Below are positions 53,901-64,000 of a stretch of DNA of 64,000 nucleotides, piece after piece (position 1 is the stretch's first letter; every line of letters begins with the position of its first letter). The translations under genes were made by a program, and so were the position numbers. Below the pieces are notes generated by a model that saw only the letters and a list, made by a program, of their open reading frames with translations, did no database searches and was not told where the DNA came from. Origin of the DNA: Cyanophora paradoxa CCMP329 (taxonomy: Eukaryota > Plantae > Glaucophyta); NCBI GenBank assembly GCA_004431415.1, contig QPMI01000010.1:186001-250000 (forward strand), written 5' to 3'.

Positions 53901-56900
53901 GGCGCGCCTCGGAGGCGAGGCGCTCGGCGAGGAGCTCAACGGCGTGGCGGCCCCGCCCCAGCGCCGGCTCCACGTACCTGGGGGGAGAGAGGGGGGGAGA
54001 GGGGAAAGGGGAGGGGCGGGGCGGGGGTGAAGAGCTGGGGGGTGAAGGACGAAGGAATAGTAGAGAGCGTGCGCACGCGCCGTGGAGGACGGCGGAGGGG
54101 GAGACCACCACCACCGCGTCCCGCGCCTGCGTAAGGCGCCTCAGGTGAGTCCGAGCCATTATAGTTAGAAGCCCTATTAGAAGCCTATTATTACAAGCTC
54201 TTTTAGCAGCCTGGTTTATTAGAGGCTTTATTAGACGACCACCACCGCGTCCCGCGCCTATTATTACAAGCTCTTTTAGAAGCCTATTTTATTAGACGCT
54301 CTATTATGGCGCCTCGGAGGAGCCCGAGCCCGCTCAGATGCGTCTGAGCGCGGGTGGGGGGGGGGGTACCTCGGAGAGGCGGAGGCGGGGGGAGGGCTGG
54401 TCCAGGGAGAACTCGGCCCGCGGGGGGTACCCGTGCCCGTACACCTGCGAGGGGGGCGGCCCAGCGGGACCGGGCAGGTGGCTCATGATCAGCGGCCCTT
54501 CTCTCGGCGGCCCGGCAATGGGCCCGACGGTGCCGGACGAGATTTAAGGTGAGCAAGCTAAGAATAAGCCAAGAACAAGCTAAGAATAAGCTAAGAAGAG
54601 AATAGGCTAGAAGCTAAAAGTAAGCTCAGAATCAGCTAGCGCTAATTGAAGGCTTGAGCGGCGGACCTGGGGCCCGACGATGGGGGCGACGGCGCCGGAC
54701 AAGATTCAAGTGAACAAGCTAAAACTAATCTAAAAAGCTAAAAAGAAGCTAAAAAGAAGCTAAAAAGAATAAGTTTCTTATTAGATTGAAGCGGCGGACC
54801 TGGGGCCCGACGATGGGGGCGACGGCGCCGAGGCCGGCGAGGCGGCAGCTCGCCCGCACCGCCACCAGCTCCCGCACCTGCCGCTCGGAGCCCGTCGAAC
54901 GGAGAGGAGCGGGCCGCGATAGCGCTTTGTTGTATAAGCGCCGGCTTTGATTCCTCTGCCCCTTTGATTCCTCTGCGGGGCGGGGGCGGGGCGGGGCGGG
55001 GCCGGGGGCGGACGAGGGCCTCGGCGCGGGCGGCGGCGGCGGCGAGGGGCCCGCCCTCCGCGAGCAGCCGCCCCAGCACCGCCCCCGCAGCGCCTCGTGC
55101 CGCCCCAGCGCCTGCCGTGAGAAAGTGAGATAAATTATAGAACCGAGGTGGAAAGAGCGGATTTATAGGAGGGAGGGAGGCGGGGCGGGGCGGGTGGGCG
55201 GGGAGGCGCGTGGCGGGAGGGGCGCGGGCGACGCCGCCGACGCCCATCAAGCGACGCCCATTACGAAGCTTATTACGAAGCGAGAGAGGTTAGAGGTGGG
55301 GGAGGGGGGGGGGGGGGGGGGGGGGGGGCAGGGAGAGCGGCGGCCGGGGGGGATGGCGGGGGGGGGGGGGGGGGGGGGATGGCGGGCGCGCGGAGCCGAC
55401 GCTCCTTTAAGCTCATTTGAATTACGGGCGCACGGCCTCTGCGGCGTCGGCGGCGAGGCGGCGGAGGTAGGCGGCCGTTGCCCGCACGAGCTCCGCCGAG
55501 GGCGCCTCCAGCCCCAGCACCGCCTGCCGCGATCCGAATCAAACAACACACGTGCACGGGTCAGATAATTAATATAATAGCGATGTATACGGAGCACGAA
55601 ATGGATCAGCAGCTAGTGAGAAGGAGCGCCGAAATTAATGCTTATTATATGAGCAGTACTAGTCGACGTCCTGACCTTGCGGGCGAGGTAGCGGAAGGCC
55701 TCGTACGGGATGAACTGGTCCGGGCGCCGCCCCTGCCCCACCGCAAGCGCGCGAACGAGAGCTTAAGCCTCAGTCTGGATTACTGGTGTGGCTGAAGTGG
55801 GGCCGGAGGCGGCACCGTCTTGTTCGTCACGAGCGTCGCGATGGCTGCGAGGTCGAGTCGGGTCAGATCGAATTTCGGGCCGGCGCGGGGGCGGGCGCGC
55901 GGGCGCGGGGACAAGTGCGGAGTAAACAACGTGGAGGCGCTAGCTAAATCAAACATACGTTTACAGGCAAGCTTCCTAAGCTCCTCTCGCTTTCATTTCT
56001 GCCAATTATAATGGCGCGGACCGGGGTCGTCGTCGACGAGGCGGGGGAGGGCGCGCAGGCGGCCCGCGAAGGGCTCGAAGACCTCCCGCCGCAGGTGCGC
56101 GCCCCCGTACCTGCGATCAAGGTGCGTCCTTAGAAACTTCGAGGCTTATACATTAGAAGCTTCTGCAGCTTGGGCTAGCGCGAGGGCGGCGCCCGCCCGG
56201 CTTAATTACTCGAGGCTACAAGTTCTCAAGTTAAATCTTTCCTTAAGCTCCGGGGGGCGGGGGGCGGGGGGCGGGGGGCGGACACGGCGTCGGTGCGGTC
56301 GACGCCGGCGCCGTCGATGGCGCCGCGCAGCCGCGTCCGGAAGTCCCGCAGCAGCTCCATCGCCAGCCGCAGCTGCGACCCGTGTTAGAAGCCGATGCTA
56401 TTACAAGATCTATTGCAAGCCGCAGCTGCATGCGCCCAAAGTTAGAAGCCGAGGGTTTATTAGAAGCGATTACAAGCTCTATTAGGAGCTCGAGCCTATT
56501 TTATTTGAAGCTCTACTAGAAGCCATCGCCAGCCGCAGCTGCATGCGCCCAAAGTTAGACGGCGAGTTCTCGCGGCGCTTTCATTCGCAGATGGTCGAGC
56601 TTCATAAATAAAAGAGCGTATGCTCTTTTAAGATGCATGCTTGCGAGAGGACATACCAGATTTAGATCTAGAATCTATGGAAGCCTAAATCCAGCAGCAG
56701 CAGAGCTTAAGATGGGGACGCTACTACGCTTCACTGCGCGCACCTGGGAGGCCTTGTCCTCCGGGACCCCTCTCCCGAGGGTCTGCGGATGCGAACCGAA
56801 TTCGAAAAGTAATTATAAGCAGGTCTAGAGAACGGCGGCTTTGTGCGTATAGAATATGAATTTCAAACAAGGTATATATAAAGGGTCCATTTTCGCGCCT

Positions 56901-59891
56901 TGAGCTCGGCCGTGTCGCGCTGGATCAGCTCCGCGATCTGGCGCAAAAACGCTCGCGGCGCGAAAATCGAGTCTGGGCGGAGCGCGAAAAACGTCGAGGT
57001 GCGCGCCTGGGCCTGGATGTCCGGGATGCAGCGGTCGTACAAAGCGACGATCTCCTGCGCCGCCGTTCAATTTGGTTAATCGCTTTTTCGCGCCGCGAAA
57101 AGTTGCGAAATTTTAATTTATAATGCTCATTATTTACTTAGCTCAAGCAGAATTCAATGAAAACTGCACGAACGAGCACGCGCGCGCATGCGCACGCGCA
57201 TTGATTTGTTAGCAGCTAATGTGTTGTTGGCGGTGATGAGGCGGGGCTTGGGGCGGCATTTAATCTTCTTTACGAAGTTTTAGTTGAAGCTACAATTACA
57301 ATTTTAATCCTCTTTTAGGTGGATGACAATTACAATGAGCAATGGCGCTAGGGCGCACGCGCTGGAGGGCGGCGATGAGGCGGGCGGTGCCGCAGTGGGG
57401 GGCGAGGGCCGCCTCGCCGTAGACGGCGTGGCCCCCGAAGAACGCCTCCTCCGCCTCCAGCGCCGCCTGGGGCCGAGCGCGCGGATCGGATGGGGGATGT
57501 CAGAGTCCGAAGACGGATTTGAGATGAGGGAAAAGAATCTGGAATGCGGCGCGTCTAGCAACTCATTACTAATTAGAATGAACAAGATGCTAGGACGAAT
57601 TAATATTGAGGAAGCAGAGGAAATGAATCGATGCTGAAGCTTAAGGGAGCTCAAGCGGGTGCCTGCGAACCTTGACGGTGCGGCGGGCCTCCACCTCGCG
57701 CTGCGAGCGGTTCTTGACCGCTGCCCGGCCGTAAATCAAACAATTCGTCGCCTAAAAGCTAGCGGCCTCCTTATCGCAAGTTACGATTCGCTGGCGCGCA
57801 CCGAAGTAGCCCTTGGTGAGGCGGTGCTGCCGCCCCAGCAGCACGTCCGACGCGTCCGTCCCCTGCGCGGCGTCGACAGCAGAGATCGGAGGAACTTAAA
57901 CTCGAATTACCGAGGCTGGTATGGGGTATTGGGGGGGGGGGGGGGGGGGGGGGGGGGAGGGGCCGGGGCGGGGACGGACGTCGTCCATGATGTCGACCTT
58001 GGTGAGGACCCCGATCGTCCGCACCCCTGCCCCCGCCGTCGGCGTCGGAGCGGATCGGAGGAAGAAAGCGAGGATACCTAACTGGGTTACCTTCAGGGTC
58101 CACTTCGCGCGCCAGCTGCGCGCCGCGGAGCGCACGTGATCATGAGCGATTGGCGCGAAAGCAAAGGTGCGTAATGACCAGAGGGAAAATCAAAGGGGGG
58201 AGCGGGCCGGGCGTGACGATCCGCGAAATCAAATGGCGCGAAAGGTGCGAATGCGACAGAATAGCAGAACAGGTTAATATATATATATGATCTAGACCGT
58301 CATGTTCAGAGGGAAAATCAAAGGGGGGAGCGGGCGTGCCTGGATGGCGTCGGAGCCGGCTAGGTCGGCGTTGGCGGCCGAGACGGCCAGCACGATCGTC
58401 CGCCCCGGCCCGATGTACCTGCGCCGGTCCCGAGGCAAGGCGCGGGCGGCGCCGGCGTTCAACATTGAAGTGAGCGTTCAAGTGAAAAGCCGGTCGCGGA
58501 TAGATTTGCAGGCGGGGTCGCGCGGCGAAATATGCGAAAATGGGCATTAAAGGCATTAAAGGCATTCAAGGGTGGGGCGTGGGCGGCGCGCTTGCGGGCG
58601 AGGTCCTTGGTGAGCTTCTCGAGGTTCGCCCGCGACCCGGCGCCCTCGGGGTTCGCCGCGTTCTGCGCCCCGCCCAATATATTAATCAGCCGCGTCCCCG
58701 CGCGCCAAAAACCGAGTTATTCGGAGCTGAAGCGAGGCCGGCGCCGCATCCATATCGTTACTGAACGGCATCGGGGGCGCTTGCGGGCGTGGCCGCGGCG
58801 GCAGAAGCGGTGGAGTCTAGATCTAGATATTACAGACTGAACGGGCAGCGATACTAATTTTATGAACGGCAGCTGAACGGCAGCGGGGTGAAGGGGTCGC
58901 CGTCGGCCAGCGCTCGGTCGGCCGCGGGGGGGACGGGGCGGGCGCGCGCGCACGCGGGCGATGCCGGGGAGGTCGATGACGGTGAGGTCGGGGCAGTGCG
59001 CGCACTGCAGCTCCAGCACGACGGGCTCCTCCCGCACAAGCTGCGAAGGCGCGTCGGCCGCGGGCTCGTCTATAATCGAAGTGTTTCGATCAAGAGCAAG
59101 GAGCTCGAGCCGCCCGCGCGCCTTGCCGCCGTTGATGTCGAGGTTCAGGCGAGCGATCTCTTCCCGCACCTGTCGACTCCGGGATCGAATTCAGAGCGGG
59201 ACGGGGAAGAGAGAAATCGAAGCGCGCGCGCGCCTCCTCGACGCGATCCATAGAGATCTCCTGGCCGCCGCCCGACGTGAACCGAGCGAGGATCCCATCC
59301 ACGTCGCCTGCGCGCAGCGAATTACAAGGCGCTGCCCTACTAGCGGGGATGAAGCTTAAGGCCGTACTGGCGTGGATTAGGCGGAGGATGATCGGCCGCC
59401 GCGTGCACATGTCCTGCGTGCGAAATTCGAATTCGAAGCTGAAGTCCGCGAAAAGCGATCGCGTGGCGAAGCTCTAGCTCTCGAAATCGCGCGCCTTGTT
59501 CCGGGGGAAGATGTCGAGGCCGACGATGCTTTCCAGGACGCTGGACTTGCCGGCGCTCTGCCCGCCGACCACCGCGATCCGCGGCAGCTCGACGCTCGCA
59601 AGCTGCGCATGCGCGAGCCGACGAGCCGACTTGGCGCGCGCGAAATCGATTTCGCGCTGCCGACCGCGCGCACCGCGCGGCCGGCCGCGTGGCCGAGATT
59701 CAGGTCGTGCAGGCTGTTGAAGAGCGCAAGGCGCTCCCGAATTCGCCCGTCGAGCAGCCGCATCGCGCTCGTCTCCCGTGCACGGGACTCCGGCGCCGCA
59801 GCCGGCCTCGGAGCGTACGTGTCAGGGAGCGGCGCCGCAAAACCGCATCGAGGCGGCGAGCGCACTCAGCGGTGAGCTTGGAGGCCGCCAT
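50930..59891 (-). CDS. Dynamin-superfamily GTPase (Mx-like) with a SPRY-like insertion between the middle domain and GED; about 35 exons
   Basis: G1 [20 protein letters not shown]2 MCTRRP, G3 [11 protein letters not shown]4 [10 protein letters not shown], then GYFAVKNRSQ. Stalk: [44 protein letters not shown]: [47 protein letters not shown]. Start at 59891 or 59763. One apparent 1-nt poly-G slip near 55085. Confidence 0.92.
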
Positions 59892-60362
59892 CCCGATCTC
59901 CTCCCGTGCCTCAGGATCCTGTTTGCTCTCGATCTCAATTTTCGCAGACCCCCCCCCCCCCCCCCCCCGCCACGGCTCGTGATCTCAAGCTCGTGTACTG
60001 CAGCTTTCTCATGCCTTTGAAAGCTAGCCCAGTGCGCGCGCTCATGCCTCGAGGACCCTGCCAGGCTGAGGCTCCCGCTCGGATCCGGAGCGCCTACATC
60101 ATAAATTGTTCATATCCAACGAAACGCTGTCCGGCGTTCAATCTCAGAGACGCTCTCCCGACCCTGCCAGCTGGCGGCCGCGTGCGAGAAATGGGGCCGG
60201 GAAGGCGCCTCGAATGTGTATGCGCTGGTGCCCCCGCCCGCCGGGCCCCCGGGCCTTTGCCATGTGCAAAACTTTCAATTTAATTATTGCGCGTTCAAAA
60301 AAGAAGCGCAAGCGCTGGGATCAAGCTCGAGAATCTATGCCGAGCTTCTGAACGAAATGCGC

Positions 60363-60825
60363 TCAGGCCTTGTCGGTCGTCTTGCGGCCGAGGGTGTCGC
60401 CGGGGGCGCCCCGGGTGCCCATCGCGGCGCCGATCTCCCCCCCGGCCGCCGCTCCGAGGGCCGCCCCCGGGAGACCGCCTGCGCAGAGAGGACCCGCGAT
60501 CAGCTGCGCATGCGAAAAGCGACTGCGCATGCTCTCTCTCGCGCGCGGAGAACTCCGGAGCCCGACGGGAGAGAATTTCGCACCGATCACGCTGCCGGCG
60601 GCGGCTCCGAGGGCCGCGCCCGCGCCGGTGCTCACGCCGGTTCGCTGCCCGACGAACTCACCCGCGTCGCCGGGCGCCGTCTGCTGAGCGTTGGCCTTGA
60701 CCTTCTCCCGCGCTTCGCCCGCCTGCTGCGCGATCTCTGCGCGCGCGCGGGGATCACTCACGCGCGCACTTTGCGCGCCGACGAAATAAACGTGACCGCG
60801 CACTGCTGCGGTCGCCGGCGTTCAT
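60363..60825 (-). CDS. Small (~95-aa) glycine-zipper protein, 3 exons
   Basis: MNAGDRS|KIAQQAGEAREKVKANAQQTAPGDAGEFVGQRTGVSTGAGAALGAAAGSVI|GGLPGAALGAAAGGEIGAAMGTRGAPGDTLGRKTTDKA*. GT-AG introns in matching phase; two GxxxGxxxG helices. Confidence 0.75.
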
Positions 60826-61537
60826 GGTTTCGGCGTTGAACGTGTAGCGTTTTTGATTTCAAAGAATGCAAGTGCCGTGCACGGGAGACGATATTTATAG
60901 CTCATAATAAGATGCACGGGAGATGCGGTTTGCCTCGAGCTCGTGATCCCCTATATTAATTTCATCTAGCTATAGCTAGCGCCACCATTACTAAGTTAGC
61001 GCTGCTCCTCTCGAGCTGCTTCCCAGCCTAGTAGGCCTCATTATGCATGCTCCTCTCATGACTTGCGCATTCTGAAGTCGAGCTCGAGCTCCGAGGCTCG
61101 CGCGCAGATGAAAAAGGCGGAGGGAGCACTGATCATGACACATTTACTGCAACTGCGGCAACGAGCACCTGATCAGCCACTTGGCCATACATACTATGAC
61201 TCACAGAGATATGGAGCACTCGCGATCGGGCCAGTTTATACTATGATAACTAGACTGATAAACACGGATCATATCATTAACTGATTCGGGACGTCGACAC
61301 TACAGCTAATGCCATCTTTACGACTCGGCGACATCAGATACAGATGATCGGATACTGAGTGAAACAGAGCTAGAAAGGACTTGAAGTTGAACAATGAACC
61401 CCTAACACAAAAATAATAAACGAAGGCCCTGCCGCACTGCGCCGCGGCGGCAAGCCTCTGAGGGTCGCAATCGAGGGCGCCCTATAGCTACACCAAACAA
61501 TACAGGACGCCTCGGTGCCAAGAGAAAAAGTATGGAA

Positions 61538-63790
61538 TCACGACGTGTGCGCGTGCAGCGCAGGGGCAGCTGCAGCGACTGCCGTGCCGCCCGCTCCCGC
61601 GCCCGTGTACAGATCGCCGGCGCCGGCGCCGGCGCCGGCGCCGGAGTGCGCGTCGGCGGCCGCGACCTTGGCGTGGCCGATCTCCTCGTCGGGCTTGGCG
61701 TCCCCTCCGAGCTCCTCCAGGGAGAGGCCCTTGGATTCGGGCACGAAGAACGTGAAGAGCATGCCGATGAAATTCTGACGAGGAGCCCAGAGTCATGATC
61801 ATGATCAGGCGCCGGCGGCGGGACTTTTCCAGCGCGTGCGCGGCGCCTGGGCGCACCGTGATGGCCAGGATGCCCAGGGCGATGCGTAGGCCCAGGCCTG
61901 TGCCGCAGTCCGGGTTTCCCGGGTTGTCGTGCAGCTGGAACGGGTCCTTGGGGTCGTGGCAGTCCGGGCTCGTCGGCTCGCTCGCAGCGTACACGAAGCC
62001 AAAGGCGCCGATGATGGCGCCGAGCTTTCCCATGGCCGCTGCGCGTGACACGAGAGATATACCGATCAGCTTGGATATAGATGAGGATGCATGTGCTGAC
62101 GGACCGGAGATGCCGTGAGCCGTCGAGCGCCACCGTGACGGGAAGATTTCGGCGGGCACAACAAACGTGGTCTTTGGACAAGTCATGATCAGACGTAAGA
62201 CGCAGGGAGGCTGCAGGACGGTGCTCGGGCGCACCGAATTGGGACCCCAGTTCGCGAAGAAGAACGTCAGCGCGTAGAGCTGCGCCCAGATTCAATTAAT
62301 ATAAAGCGAACGCGGAGGCTCATAAATATTCGAGTTCAGAGCGAATTAACATACCACAATGAAGCCGCTCGGGTTTCCGCTATACGACTGAGGCAGGCAC
62401 GGTTATTTCATGGAACGTTCACGCCGATACAGAATTGAACTCGACTCAGATCGAGCGAATTATTGGCGTACCACATATTGGCGCCAGTCGGCGCACGACT
62501 TTACGTTGGCGGCGGTGAAGAGATTGCCGGCCGCGTCCTTGCCCAGCTCGTAGTCCGCCGCCTCGATCTTGGAGAAGAAGTGGTCCATCCTGGCCGGGTT
62601 GACGGAGTACTTGCCGGCCGCGTCGACGAGGTAGGCGGCCGACGTGTCGGTCGGGCCGGTCGGGAGGGCGCCGGCGATCTTGGGAATGACGACGGGCAGG
62701 CCGGCGGCGAAGCAGGAGCGGGCGACGAGGTCGAAGCGGTCCGTCGGAGTCTCGACGAAGCTGTTGTAGGCGCCGGCGATGACGGCCATGAACAGGGTCA
62801 TGAAGAAGAAGCCAAACATCTGCGTCGAGTTTCAGCGAGTTTTAAACGAGAAGAGCACATATCGATCATGAATCGAACAAACCTGGATCCTGCGGAGTAG
62901 GGTAGGAGATGAGAATTCGGAATCAGCCGCAGGGCCTAAAATGAGAATGCGCTTTCGCTCACCACCAGCGGCCGATCTTCTCAATGGTGAAGACGGTGAA
63001 CCAGTAGCCGGGGATGGTGGAGCCGAGTGCGATGATCGCCTGCGCGCGCGCGTTGTACCACGACGACTCCAGCGGGGTCCACCACGTCTTGGCGCCGCCA
63101 CCGACCGCCGGATCCGTGCTGCCGGCCGCGGGCGCCGTTAGTGAGGATCGAGAACCTTCAGCAGCGAAGAAAGCTTCAGAGGATCCAAGAGTACCTGTAC
63201 GCGAGGTTCGAGGGCGGCTCGCCCCACGCTGCCTTGTTCCAGTACGGCGGGATGGCGGCCGTGCGGGTCGGGTAGTACATGTCCCATCGCGGGTTCGAGT
63301 ACACGAAGTGGTTCTTTCCGTCCGCCTTGGGATCTTCGGACGGGAAGCCCAAGCCTGGGGTCCCGGAGCTGAACGGGTTTGTGCTGTAGCCCAGCCACAT
63401 CTTGCGCGGTAAAAGTTGATCGATCAGAATCGAATCGAAATCGAAGTGATTAATATGAATGATTAATATATTAGCAAAGCACACCTTCTGCTGGGCCTGG
63501 GCGCCCTGGACGAGGTACTTGGAGGGGACCCAGTCGACGGTGCGGAAGACGTCGGACTGGAAGAGGCCCTGCGAGTAGAAGGCGACGTCGAGGAGGAACC
63601 AGGTCATCGTCGTCCCCACCAGGTGCTTCCAGTGGCCCTGCGAGTCGCGACCGCGACGCGCGCGTGAGCTCCAATTTCGACCATTTCGTACATGTTCGTA
63701 CCTTGATGAAGTGCTTGAAGGTGTCGACCTTGTCCTGCACCGCGACGTTGCGTACGAAGGTCTCCGAGGCGTGCAGGCGGCGGTGCAGCA
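61538..63790 (-). CDS. Inorganic phosphate:H+ symporter (PHO84/PHT1 family, MFS), C-terminal half; 5' part outside window
   Basis: [39 protein letters not shown]|IQ|[23 protein letters not shown]|[22 protein letters not shown]|[11 protein letters not shown] and [13 protein letters not shown]. Confidence 0.95.
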
Positions 63791-64000
63791 CGTTCTGAGC
63801 TTTGCATGTGAGCGAAGGAGATTAAAGGTCAGCGAGCATGATTTATAAGCGTCGGTTTCACCTCCATGTCCTTCACGGCGGTCGTCGTGTCTTTCTGCGG
63901 AGCGTACGAGGATTACGCATTGTTTACTTTGTATTTTGAAAAAGTCATCGCTTATAAATAATTTGCCATCGATATCGGTATCGGGCAATCGAATTCGGGC

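Overview
This is eukaryotic nuclear DNA: GC-rich and very intron-dense, typical of a unicellular alga or protist. The donor consensus is GT/GC-GCGC and introns are often only 50-100 nt, so most six-frame ORFs are fragments or GC artefacts. All gene models below were spliced by hand and their boundaries are approximate. Genes in order: the 3' end of PRP4 (WD40); a stand-alone receiver-domain protein; a secreted CAP/PR-1 protein; an equilibrative nucleoside transporter; a large repeat-domain surface protein with a GPI-like tail; a full-size ABCG/PDR transporter; an F-box protein; two orphan genes with acidic tails; an Mx-like dynamin-family GTPase; a small glycine-zipper protein; and the 3' half of a PHO84/PHT1 phosphate transporter. 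Two transposon islands (about 19.6-29.8 kb and 45.6-49.2 kb) hold nested pogo/Tc1-type MITEs, hAT elements with 8-bp TSDs and two families of poly(A)-tailed non-LTR retroelements. The best candidate for an undescribed system is the Mx-like dynamin at 50.9-59.9 kb. It carries a ~165-aa PRY/SPRY (B30.2)-like beta domain at the stalk tip, where dynamin has its PH domain and MxA its virus-recognising L4 loop. Other notable points are a high GC-AG intron frequency, systematic exon 'echo' duplications inside introns, retroelements that land in DNA transposons, and greatly enlarged loops in the phosphate transporter.
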